Below, in pieces: positions 9,069 to 16,953 of a DNA stretch of 25,961 bases. Position 1 is the first letter of the stretch. Each line of letters begins with the position of its first letter. Under the pieces are notes generated by a model that saw only the letters and a list, made by a program, of their open reading frames with translations, ran no database searches and was not told the origin of the DNA. The DNA is from Dubosiella newyorkensis (GTDB taxonomy: Bacteria > Bacillota_I > Bacilli_A > Erysipelotrichales > Erysipelotrichaceae). The stretch is taken from the NCBI RefSeq assembly GCF_001945605.1, contig NZ_MPKA01000050.1, positions 1 to 25,961 of the forward strand, written 5' to 3'. The position numbers and the translations under genes are program-made.

Positions 9069-10015
9069 TATTGCCAGCCTCCCTTCGAATAAAAATCAAT
9101 CGAATCATGATCGATCATCTCTACAGGAATCACGATATTTTTTGACACGGGCGCGCCCTTTAAATGATCGTACATCGCTTGAGCGGCCTTTTTACCGATT
9201 GAGTAAGGAGATTGCGCGACCGTTCCCAAAACCATAGGATCCTTCGCGAGAAGCGCCTTCATTTCTGGCGTTCCATCCACCCCATAAATATAAATATCTT
9301 TCCGTCCTATATTCTTTAAGGCCGCCTTGGCCCCTAAAGCGCTAGGATCGTTAAGCGCCATGATGATCGAAATATCCGGAGTCTTGGCAATCATTTCCTC
9401 CGTTTTTGGCATCGCGATCTCGAGCTGACCAAGACATTGCGCCTCATTGACGATCTGGAACCGATCATCGGAAGCAATCGTCTCTTTGAAGCCGCGGATC
9501 CGCTCGCTAGCAGACTGCACAGAAGAATGTTTTAAAAGGCCGATCTTTGCATGATCAAAATGAGACATGATATGCCTAGCACATTGAACGCCCGCGCCAT
9601 AATTGTCGGATACGACTGTAGAAAGCAAGGAAGTCGAATCGCTTAAAGGAACATCGATCGCGATCACCGGAATCCCTGCCCGCTTCGCTTTGGCAAGCGT
9701 AGGCTCGAGCGATCTAGAATCGACAGGATTGATAAAAATACCATCCACTTTCATATCGATGAACTGCTCGATTTGTTCTTGTTGTTTGGATTCATTTAAA
9801 AGAGGATCCCGCACGATCAGCTGATCGCCACGCGCTTCGATTTGCTTGCGCATCTCATTGTTGATGACTTCATAAAAAGGATTGTTCATCGTCATATAAC
9901 TGACACCAAAGCGTTTTATTGGCTGTGTAGAAGAAATATAATAAAAATAGATTGGCAAGACAAATAGAGCCATTAAACCAATCAATAAAAAAGGATATTG
10001 TCTTTTCTTCATCAA
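9068..10015 (-). CDS. Membrane-anchored type I periplasmic-binding-protein fold sugar-binding protein (RbsB/LacI-like)
   Basis: 315 aa with one N-terminal TM segment (FLLIGLMALFVLPIYFYYI). RbsB-like body (FGVSYMTMNNPFY..., VDGIFINPVDS, IPVIAIDV, VVSDNYGAG, YIYGVDGTPE). Its stop overlaps the kinase start (TAATG). The start is TTG 10015 or ATG 10012, with GGGGGA upstream. Confidence 0.85.
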   Translation of the reverse strand: MMKKRQYPFLLIGLMALFVLPIYFYYISSTQPIKRFGVSYMTMNNPFYEVINNEMRKQIEARGDQLIVRDPLLNESKQQEQIEQFIDMKVDGIFINPVDSRSLEPTLAKAKRAGIPVIAIDVPLSDSTSLLSTVVSDNYGAGVQCARHIMSHFDHAKIGLLKHSSVQSASERIRGFKETIASDDRFQIVNEAQCLGQLEIAMPKTEEMIAKTPDISIIMALNDPSALGAKAALKNIGRKDIYIYGVDGTPEMKALLAKDPMVLGTVAQSPYSIGKKAAQAMYDHLKGAPVSKNIVIPVEMIDHDSIDFYSKGGWQ

Positions 10016-10045
10016 CTTACGTCCCCCGTTCCCTTCTTTTCTTTA

Positions 10046-10074
10046 AGTATACAAATTCTTCATGGAACCGACAA
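10046..10074 (-). promoter_or_regulatory. Sigma-A-type promoter of the sensor operon
   Basis: Minus strand TTGTCG (10074-10069), 17-nt spacer, TATACT (10051-10046), about 30 nt upstream of the start codon. Confidence 0.5.
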
Positions 10075-10084
10075 AGTATTTCTG

Positions 10085-10111
10085 TAAAAAAAGCCAACGC
10101 GCAAGTTGGCT
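10085..10111 (-). terminator. Rho-independent terminator of the glycosyltransferase unit
   Basis: Minus strand AGCCAAC-ttgcgc-GTTGGCT followed by T7, beginning immediately after the stop at 10112-10114. Confidence 0.8.
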
Positions 10112-12073
10112 TTATGATTTGTCGATTTTTTGGTTTTTCATGCTTTTTTGAATATGCCGGAACATCAAAGGGAAGAAAAGATGCTCCGACTTGGAAGGAT
10201 TGCTTGGAATATGACGATCAAAGACAAGCTTCAAAAATTGATCATAGTTGTCTTGCAGTTCTTTTTGATGACTCTCTAAGATATGGAAACGGTAGATCTT
10301 CAAGCCTTGACTTTTATAAGAACTTGTCAAACGAACGGGCAACAACAGAGAATGTCCTTCATAGATCACTTCAAGATACTCTTTTTCTTCCGCTTTGATT
10401 GTTGGCTCCTTATCAAAAATGATCTCGAGCTCGCTCTCGCTCAAACCGGCAATCGCCCCCTCGACAACCGAATCGTTTTGTTTGAGGATCCCTAGAACTG
10501 CCGCTTTCTGCAACGAAACGACACTTCCTTTTCGGCGGCCAATAAAGAAGAAGATCGCCACCAACAATAAAATCGCGTTATAGCTCAGCCAAAACAATGT
10601 GATCGAGCCCCCATAGATTTTATGGTGCAACATCGCATGCAAAATATGACCTCCGCTCCATAAAGTCAAAAGGAACAAAACGATAAATGGCAAAATATAC
10701 TTCCATTGAAAATGCTCCGCGCTCTCGATTCCTTTTTTTGTCACCTTGAACTTTTTCAAAGAAATCCCGATGAATTCTAGAAAGATCGGACCGATCAAAA
10801 ACGGAAACATGATCGTTTCATATAAATTGGTCCACAAGCTCGTTCGAATGTTGCTCGAAAGCCGGCGGATCGCCCAGCTGTCCGCCATATACATCGGGAT
10901 CCAAAACAACAAAGCCACCCATAAAGGAGTCCGAACGACCGAAATATCCAAAAGACCCGAAATGATCGGGATCAAGATATAGAAAAATCTGGAAAATGGC
11001 GAAAACCAATATTGGATCGACGTCCAATAGTTGATCTTCTGCGCAAAAGAGAAACGACTTGTAAAAAACAAATTGATTTGATAAAGGACATTCACCACGC
11101 CACGCCCCCAACGGATCCGCTGCTGAATCAAACTTGGAAGATCTTCTGGCGCAAGCCCCGAAGCAAGAGGCTCCGAGATCGCGAGCGAAACAAATCCATT
11201 CCTTTCGATCAATAATCCCGTCGCAAAATCTTCCGTGATCGCTTTCGTATAAAAGCCGCCAACCGAATCTAAAGCTTCCCGACTGATCAACGTGTTCGAT
11301 CCGCCATAAATCACGCTATTTGAATTGGTCTTCGCCACTTCGATTTCACGATAAAAATAATCTTGCTCATTGGCTACATCTTGTTCCGCATACAAGTGAT
11401 ACTGAAACAAGTCCCAATTATAGAACGTCTGTGGCGTCTGTAAAAAACCAAGCGGGATCTGTTCAGACTTATCTTTCCCCTCATTGCGAAGCTTGGCGTC
11501 GATAAAGTAAGGAACGGTCTTCATCAAAAAAGAAGAATGAGGAATCATATCCGCGTCAAAAGTCACGATGATCGGCGAACTCGTCTGTCTGAGCGCGTTG
11601 TTCAAATTTCCCGCCTTCGCCCCTTCGTTGTTGTCGCGCGTAAAATAACCGATCCCCATCGACTCGGCAAGCTCTTTTGCCGTGACGCGCCGTCCATCGT
11701 CGCACAAATAAATATGAACTTTGCTTTTGTCGGGATACAGCATCCGCTTGCACCCGCTGATCGTCTTATACAACAATCTCTCGTCTTCGTTGTAAGTCGC
11801 GATAAAAACATCCACATCCGGAAATAAAGCCGGATCCTCAGGAATCGAAGGCAAAGGATAGTTTTTCTTGTTCGACATGATCTTGAAATTAACCATGAAC
11901 TCGATCAATCCTACTAATTCGATCCCCAACAACAAGATCCCTAACGCGAACGTTAATGGCTGCGAAACGGAAGGAATCGTAAACAAGACGCGCCACAAAA
12001 TATAAAGCGAAGAAAAAAACAACGCGATTTGATAGACCGAAGACAAAGAAAACCACTTTTTATTCTTTTTCAT
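10112..12073 (-). CDS. Processive family-2 glycosyltransferase, cellulose-synthase (BcsA/CcsA)-like, with a C-terminal PilZ-position domain
   Basis: 653 aa. Motifs FIATYNED, DDG, GAKAGNLNNAL, FDADM (DxD), QTPQTF, TEDFATG and QQRIRWGRG (QxxRW). TM segments flank the catalytic domain. About 140 aa of soluble C-terminus follows the last TM. Confidence 0.88.
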   Translation of the reverse strand: MKKNKKWFSLSSVYQIALFFSSLYILWRVLFTIPSVSQPLTFALGILLLGIELVGLIEFMVNFKIMSNKKNYPLPSIPEDPALFPDVDVFIATYNEDERLLYKTISGCKRMLYPDKSKVHIYLCDDGRRVTAKELAESMGIGYFTRDNNEGAKAGNLNNALRQTSSPIIVTFDADMIPHSSFLMKTVPYFIDAKLRNEGKDKSEQIPLGFLQTPQTFYNWDLFQYHLYAEQDVANEQDYFYREIEVAKTNSNSVIYGGSNTLISREALDSVGGFYTKAITEDFATGLLIERNGFVSLAISEPLASGLAPEDLPSLIQQRIRWGRGVVNVLYQINLFFTSRFSFAQKINYWTSIQYWFSPFSRFFYILIPIISGLLDISVVRTPLWVALLFWIPMYMADSWAIRRLSSNIRTSLWTNLYETIMFPFLIGPIFLEFIGISLKKFKVTKKGIESAEHFQWKYILPFIVLFLLTLWSGGHILHAMLHHKIYGGSITLFWLSYNAILLLVAIFFFIGRRKGSVVSLQKAAVLGILKQNDSVVEGAIAGLSESELEIIFDKEPTIKAEEKEYLEVIYEGHSLLLPVRLTSSYKSQGLKIYRFHILESHQKELQDNYDQFLKLVFDRHIPSNPSKSEHLFFPLMFRHIQKSMKNQKIDKS

Positions 12074-12638
12074 CGATATCGCCTCTTTTCAAACGCAAAA
12101 GATCCGGATAAGTCGGATAGAATATCGGCTTTTGCCTCATACGGCTGTTTTGCACAAAAACGCCCGCCAAAAACAAAACCACCCCAAAGACAAGATTGAG
12201 AGAAGAGTTGAACCAACCAAGCCGAAACTGATTGTAAACAACAACGATCAAACCAAAGAGGACAACAAAAAGCACACGCCCTTGTTGAGGATAGGTCGGC
12301 TCTCCAATATGCAAGATCCGTTTTAAATATCCGCACAATAGAAAACTGAGCTTGATAAAAATGGACATCTCGATCCAGAACAACACAAAACAAAGGATCA
12401 AAAACCAGAACGGATCTTGATTTGCATGCGGAAACATAAAAGGAAAACGCCGAATGAGCAAGATCTCAAGTTGACATGCCAAGATCACGCCAAACACGCT
12501 TCTAAAATTCTCCACACCCCGAAAACACGCGTAAATGCCTAAAATCAAGGAAACGATGGATAAAACAACTAAGATATTTTCACCACAAAAAAGAATGCCA
12601 TGATTAAAAAAGTGGTCTAAATAATGAAATTCCTGCAT
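12060..12638 (-). CDS. Hypothetical polytopic membrane protein, translationally coupled to the glycosyltransferase
   Basis: ORF 12060..12677. I take the start at ATG 12638, with GGGAGG 6 nt upstream. About 5-6 TM segments and no motif I recognise. The 3' end overlaps the GT start by 14 nt. Confidence 0.65.
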   Translation of the reverse strand: MQEFHYLDHFFNHGILFCGENILVVLSIVSLILGIYACFRGVENFRSVFGVILACQLEILLIRRFPFMFPHANQDPFWFLILCFVLFWIEMSIFIKLSFLLCGYLKRILHIGEPTYPQQGRVLFVVLFGLIVVVYNQFRLGWFNSSLNLVFGVVLFLAGVFVQNSRMRQKPIFYPTYPDLLRLKRGDIDEKE

Positions 12639-12662
12639 AATGACCTCCCATCTATTGAAAAA

Positions 12663-12671
12663 ATTATACCA
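12663..12671 (-). promoter_or_regulatory. Extended -10 promoter (TGgTATAAT) for the membrane-protein/GT unit
   Basis: Minus strand TGGTATAAT about 25 nt upstream of ATG 12638. There is no good -35 at 17 nt. Confidence 0.5.
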
Positions 12672-12709
12672 ACGCACAGAATCCCAATAAAGAAGGATGC
12701 TTGCTCGAT

Positions 12710-12739
12710 AAAAAAACTTCTAACCTAAATGGCTAGAAG
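12710..12739 (-). terminator. Rho-independent terminator after nrdB
   Basis: Minus strand CTTCTAGCC-attta-GGTTAGAAG (9 bp, one G-U pair) followed by T7. Confidence 0.75.
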
Positions 12740-12755
12740 CTCTAAAAAATTGTGA

Positions 12756-13796
12756 TTATAGATCGTCCACCAACGCGCTCGACTTGGCGTAAGCACTCGA
12801 TTTAGCTTCAAAGAAATCGGTCTTGATCAAATTCGCGTTCGAATATTGAGAAACCCACTCCATAGAAGCCGGCTCCTTCTCATGACCTTCAAACAAAACA
12901 CCTAAGCCAATGCTTTCACTTCTAAGATTGCCTAAATAATGAATGTAGTCTTCGATCATCGATGAGGACAAGCCGCCAATCGAATCTCCAATCACATAAT
13001 GGCCCCAGCGGATCTCTTCCTCCACCCCTTGACGGATCATGTTCCGATAGACTTCTTTCTTTTCTTCATCGAACAAAGAAGGCTCTTCTTTTTGCAGTTC
13101 GACGATCATATTTCGAAACAACCATAAGTGTGTGTTCTCGTCCCGATTGATATAGCGGATCTCCTGCACGCTGCCAGGCATCTTTCCATTCCGTCCTAAA
13201 TTATAAAAGAACATGAAACCAGAATAGAAATAGATTCCCTCCAAAATGAAGTTGGCGATCAGCACCTTCATGAAGGTGAACGCGTCTTTGTGTTCTTGAA
13301 AATCGTTGTAAAGGTCGCCGATGAATTTATTGCGCGCCAAAAGGTGGGCGTCCTCCTTCCATTGATACAAGATTTCCGTACGCTCTTGGGGCGAGCAGAT
13401 CGTATCGAGCATATACCCATAGCTTTGCGAATGCACCGATTCATGAAACGCCTGGATCGTCAAGCATAAATTGACTTCGTTGGCCGTGATGTATTCCCCA
13501 ATATAAGGAAGGTTGGCTGTCTGCAACGAATCCAAAAAGATCAAAAACGAAAGGATCTTGTCGTACGCGCTCTTTTCAGATACGGAAAGTTTACGATAAT
13601 CCTTGATATCTTGATTCATATTGATTTCTTCAGGGATCCAAAAATTGTTCATCGCCTGCCGATACCAATCCGACACCCAATTGTATTTCATATTGTTGAA
13701 GTCATTCAAATTTGTCGTATTGCCATTGATCATGCGCCGCTTTCTGACCTCAATATCGCCATGCTCATTAAAGAGCGCTTTCTTTTTTAATTCCAT
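12756..13796 (-). CDS. nrdB: Ribonucleotide-diphosphate reductase beta subunit (R2)
   Basis: 346 aa. Di-metal and radical motifs FLDSLQ, QAFHESVHSQSYGY (Glu/His plus Tyr), EGIYFYSGF and NRDENTHL. AGGAGGA upstream. Confidence 0.93.
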   Translation of the reverse strand: MELKKKALFNEHGDIEVRKRRMINGNTTNLNDFNNMKYNWVSDWYRQAMNNFWIPEEINMNQDIKDYRKLSVSEKSAYDKILSFLIFLDSLQTANLPYIGEYITANEVNLCLTIQAFHESVHSQSYGYMLDTICSPQERTEILYQWKEDAHLLARNKFIGDLYNDFQEHKDAFTFMKVLIANFILEGIYFYSGFMFFYNLGRNGKMPGSVQEIRYINRDENTHLWLFRNMIVELQKEEPSLFDEEKKEVYRNMIRQGVEEEIRWGHYVIGDSIGGLSSSMIEDYIHYLGNLRSESIGLGVLFEGHEKEPASMEWVSQYSNANLIKTDFFEAKSSAYAKSSALVDDL

Positions 13797-13805
13797 AATT
13801 TCCTC

Positions 13806-16322
13806 CTAAGCCGAGCACGATTCGCACTCTTCCACCTCGAGTGACTTGCTTCGTACATAATATAACGTTTTTACATTTTCACGATACGCTTCAATGAACA
13901 AGTTCAACACTTGGCGCAACGTGTATTCATTCGTGATATATAAATTGACCGATTGCGACTGGTCGATATGTCTTTGGCGCACGCCAGCCGCGCGAATGAG
14001 CCACGACTGATCGATATGATGCGCTTGCTTATAGAACCAGAACGTTTCGGGATTCAAGTTGGGCGCGATGCGTGCGATCATGCTGCCCTTTTTCTCCTCT
14101 AAAAAGAACTTGTTCATGATCGGATCGATCGCCGCAGTCGTTCCTGCTAAGATCGAGGTCGACGAGGTGGGCGCGATCGCCAGCAAGTAAGCGTTTCGAA
14201 GACCCTCTCTTTGGACTTCTTCCTGCAATTTTTCCCAGGCCTCGCCTTCATAATGTCGCTTTCTAAAGTAGGCGCCACTTTCCCATTCGCTCCCATGAAA
14301 GTTTGGATACGCTCCTTTTTCTTTGGCGAGCTGATGACTCGCTTTGATCGTATAGTAATTGATCTTTTCATACAGCTTGTCGACAAAGTCCAAGTGTTCC
14401 TGGCTTTCGAAACGGATCTTGTTGTTGACGAGCATATGATGATAGCCGCTCGTTCCTAATCCGATCGAGCGATAGTTGGCGTTGGTGATCTTGGCGAAAG
14501 GAATCGGCGCGTAGTTGAGCTCGATCACATTGTCTAGCGCGCGAATGATCGTGGAAATCACATCTTCAAGTTCTTGGTCATCGTTCACATCGATATGGCC
14601 AAGCGATAAGCTGGCTAGATTGCACACGACAAAATCGCCTGGCAAATACGTGTCGACCACGATGCTTTGTCCTTGTTCGTCTTTGATTTCTTGCTCGATA
14701 TGGTAAAGAGGCGACATGTTTTGCGCGATTTCCGTACACAAATTACTGCAATAGATCATTCCTTTATGCGAGTTTGGATTGGCTTCATTGACAATGTCGC
14801 GGTTAAAGGTGAAGGGCGTTCCTGTTTCCACAGCCGACTTGATGATCAAGCGGACAAGATCTTTTAAAAGAATAGGGCGTTTGTCGATTTTCGGGTCTGC
14901 CACACAATCCCAATATCGCTCTTCCCAAAGCGGGCCAAAACAATCTTCAAGATGATAGCCTTTGACTTCATGGATCTCGTGAGGATCCATCAAATACCAC
15001 ATTTGATCGAGACTTTCTTCAGCCATCTTCCAAAACAAGTTCGGATAACAAATGCCAGGGAAGACGTCGTGGGCTTTTTGGCGGTCGTCGCCATTGTTCG
15101 TGCGTAGGGCTAAGAATTCTGGCAAGTCTTTATGCCAAGCGTCTAAATAGACGGCCACTGCGCCTGAGCGGACGCCAAGTTGATCGACGGCGATGGCTGT
15201 GTCGTTGACAAGCTTGATCCAGCGGATCACGCCGCCAGCCGCCCCTTCAAAGCCGCGGATCGTCGAGCCGCTCGCCCTCACTTTTCCAAAATACATGCCC
15301 ATGCCTCCGCCAAATTTGCTGACTTTCGCGAAGTTGTCCAAGCTTTTATAAATTCCATCGAGCGAGTCTGAGACGGTGTCGATAAAGCACGAAGACATTT
15401 GATGGAAAGGCTTGCGAGCGTTGGCCATCGTTGGGGTGGCCATGGTCGCTTTTAGGGTGCTAAGCACCGTATAGATCTTCTTGGCCCATTCGACTTTGCG
15501 CTCGCCTTCTGGAATGGCTAGATGCATCGCGATGCCCATGAACATTTCTTGGGGAAGCTCCATGAGCTGGTGGTCGTGGGAGGTGAGCAAGTAGCGTTTG
15601 GCCAATAGATCAAGTCCGCTATAGGTGAACAAGAGGTCGTGGTCTGGTTTTAGCGCTCGTTCGAGTTCGTCGATTTCTTCTTGGGTATAGGCTTCGAGAA
15701 TGTAGCTTCCATAATAGCCTTCTTGTTCCATGATCTTGATTTTTTCATAGAACGTGCGGGCGTTTTTTTGGCTCCAATAGTGGTGGGTGAGCCGGTGGAG
15801 CTTGCACATCAAGAAACGGGCGGCGATCATTTCCCAATCGGGGCTTTCGATGCTGATGAGTTCGACGCAGCAGCGCATCAAAATATCCAGCGCCTCCATT
15901 GAAGTGAGGTTTGGATGATCGTACGTCTGAAATTTATGGAAGAGGTCGAGAAACGAGGCGTTTTCGAATTCGTTTTGCGTCCTTTTGATCAAGGCGACGA
16001 TTTCTGGATCGTCGATGCGTTCCTTGAATTTTTCGAGGATCGCGCGCTTTTGAGAGCGCTTGTCGCGATAGAGGATGTAGCTTTTGGCTTCTTTGAAATA
16101 ATGGAAGCGCATGAGCTCTTCTTCGACAAGGTCCTGGATCTGTTCGACGGTGCATATTGTTGGCGCGTTTTTGATTTCGGTTTCGATCGTTTCGACGATT
16201 TGGTCTAAATGAGTTTGGGAAATCGTGGATCCGACGCTTTGAAACGCTTTTAAGATCGCGTTCTTTATTTTATGACCATCGAACGTTTGGAGTTGATGGT
16301 CTCTTTTTTCGATTTGCATCAT
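13806..16322 (-). CDS. nrdA: Ribonucleotide-diphosphate reductase alpha subunit with N-terminal ATP-cone
   Basis: ORF 13806..16400. I take the start at ATG 16322 (MMQIEKRDHQ...), with GGAG 7 nt upstream. ATP-cone-like N-terminus, core motifs (NLCTEI, PTSSTS) and a C-terminal CESC redox pair. No nrdI or nrdH is adjacent, which favours a class Ia-type enzyme. Confidence 0.93.
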   Translation of the reverse strand: MMQIEKRDHQLQTFDGHKIKNAILKAFQSVGSTISQTHLDQIVETIETEIKNAPTICTVEQIQDLVEEELMRFHYFKEAKSYILYRDKRSQKRAILEKFKERIDDPEIVALIKRTQNEFENASFLDLFHKFQTYDHPNLTSMEALDILMRCCVELISIESPDWEMIAARFLMCKLHRLTHHYWSQKNARTFYEKIKIMEQEGYYGSYILEAYTQEEIDELERALKPDHDLLFTYSGLDLLAKRYLLTSHDHQLMELPQEMFMGIAMHLAIPEGERKVEWAKKIYTVLSTLKATMATPTMANARKPFHQMSSCFIDTVSDSLDGIYKSLDNFAKVSKFGGGMGMYFGKVRASGSTIRGFEGAAGGVIRWIKLVNDTAIAVDQLGVRSGAVAVYLDAWHKDLPEFLALRTNNGDDRQKAHDVFPGICYPNLFWKMAEESLDQMWYLMDPHEIHEVKGYHLEDCFGPLWEERYWDCVADPKIDKRPILLKDLVRLIIKSAVETGTPFTFNRDIVNEANPNSHKGMIYCSNLCTEIAQNMSPLYHIEQEIKDEQGQSIVVDTYLPGDFVVCNLASLSLGHIDVNDDQELEDVISTIIRALDNVIELNYAPIPFAKITNANYRSIGLGTSGYHHMLVNNKIRFESQEHLDFVDKLYEKINYYTIKASHQLAKEKGAYPNFHGSEWESGAYFRKRHYEGEAWEKLQEEVQREGLRNAYLLAIAPTSSTSILAGTTAAIDPIMNKFFLEEKKGSMIARIAPNLNPETFWFYKQAHHIDQSWLIRAAGVRQRHIDQSQSVNLYITNEYTLRQVLNLFIEAYRENVKTLYYVRSKSLEVEECESCSA

Positions 16323-16368
16323 TAAAAATCTCCTTATGGGCGGATCATAGATCCGTGTTCGGTATTGT

Positions 16369-16377
16369 ATTCTACCA
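16369..16377 (-). promoter_or_regulatory. Extended -10 promoter (TGgTAGAAT) of the nrd operon
   Basis: Minus strand TGGTAGAAT about 45 nt upstream of the nrdA ATG. The CGGATC-ATA-GATCCG palindrome (16341-16355) sits in the predicted 5' UTR. Confidence 0.5.
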
Positions 16378-16498
16378 CAAAAGTCGAGGAAGACTTTCAA
16401 ACAATGGTGGGTTGTTTGTGGAATACGACCGATTATTCCAGTTAAAAAGCCAAAAATGATCGGTGGGTAAGAAAATGAAGACTAAAAAAGTCAACATT

Positions 16499-16507
16499 TG
16501 GTATAGT
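16499..16507 (+). promoter_or_regulatory. Extended -10 promoter (TGgTATAGT) of the Rrf2 operon
   Basis: TGGTATAGT lies 20 nt upstream of ATG 16527. This implies a very short leader carrying AAAGGTGAG. Confidence 0.45.
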
Positions 16508-16526
16508 GAGGCTGAAAGGTGAGACT

Positions 16527-16946
16527 ATGAATCGAAAAGTTGATTATGCGTTGCGTTTGCTGCGGGCGCTTCAGGATCAAGAGCTTCACACGACATCTTC
16601 CCTATGTGCTCTTGCGTGTATTCCGAAGCCTTTTGCCCATAAGATCTTGAATTCTCTTCATAAGGCGAATGTGGTCCAGAACATTCCTGGGGCAAGAGGA
16701 GGGAGTCGTTTGATCGCCGATCTTGGTTTGCTTAGTTTGTATGATCTAATGCAGATCTTGGATGAAAGAGAGTCGATCAGTCCCTGTTTGGAGCCTGCGT
16801 ATCAATGCGAATGGAGAGCGTGTCATGAGAGTCGATGTATGGTTTGCGAGCATTTGCGATCGATTCAGGCCCAAGTCGATTCGATCTATCGTTCTAAGAC
16901 GATCGCTTCGCTTTTTGAAGAAGTAAGTCCATCACACGATAAATAA
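16527..16946 (+). CDS. Rrf2-family transcriptional regulator with a Cys-rich (probable Fe-S) C-terminal region
   Basis: ORF 16506..16946. ATG 16527 is preceded by AAGGTGA. The Rrf2 N-terminus is [12 protein letters not shown], followed by a winged-helix region. Five Cys are arranged SPC-x6-C-x4-C-x4-C-x2-C. Confidence 0.85.
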   Translation: MNRKVDYALRLLRALQDQELHTTSSLCALACIPKPFAHKILNSLHKANVVQNIPGARGGSRLIADLGLLSLYDLMQILDERESISPCLEPAYQCEWRACHESRCMVCEHLRSIQAQVDSIYRSKTIASLFEEVSPSHDK

Positions 16947-16953
16947 GGAGGAA

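Noticed and set aside
16323-16400. N-terminal extensions suggested by the ORF track (nrdA from 16400; also 886, 1061, 4230, 7142, 7840, 12677, 16506, 20203, 20390, 22735).
   Set aside because: In each case an internal ATG is preceded by a well-spaced Shine-Dalgarno sequence and gives the canonical family N-terminus. The longer starts lack an RBS or fall inside terminators or upstream genes.
16323-16526. NrdR boxes or a cobalamin riboswitch upstream of the nrd operon.
   Set aside because: I found no match to the 16-bp NrdR palindrome by eye. The predicted 5' UTR is about 45 nt, far too short for a B12 riboswitch. A matrix scan could still overturn the NrdR conclusion.
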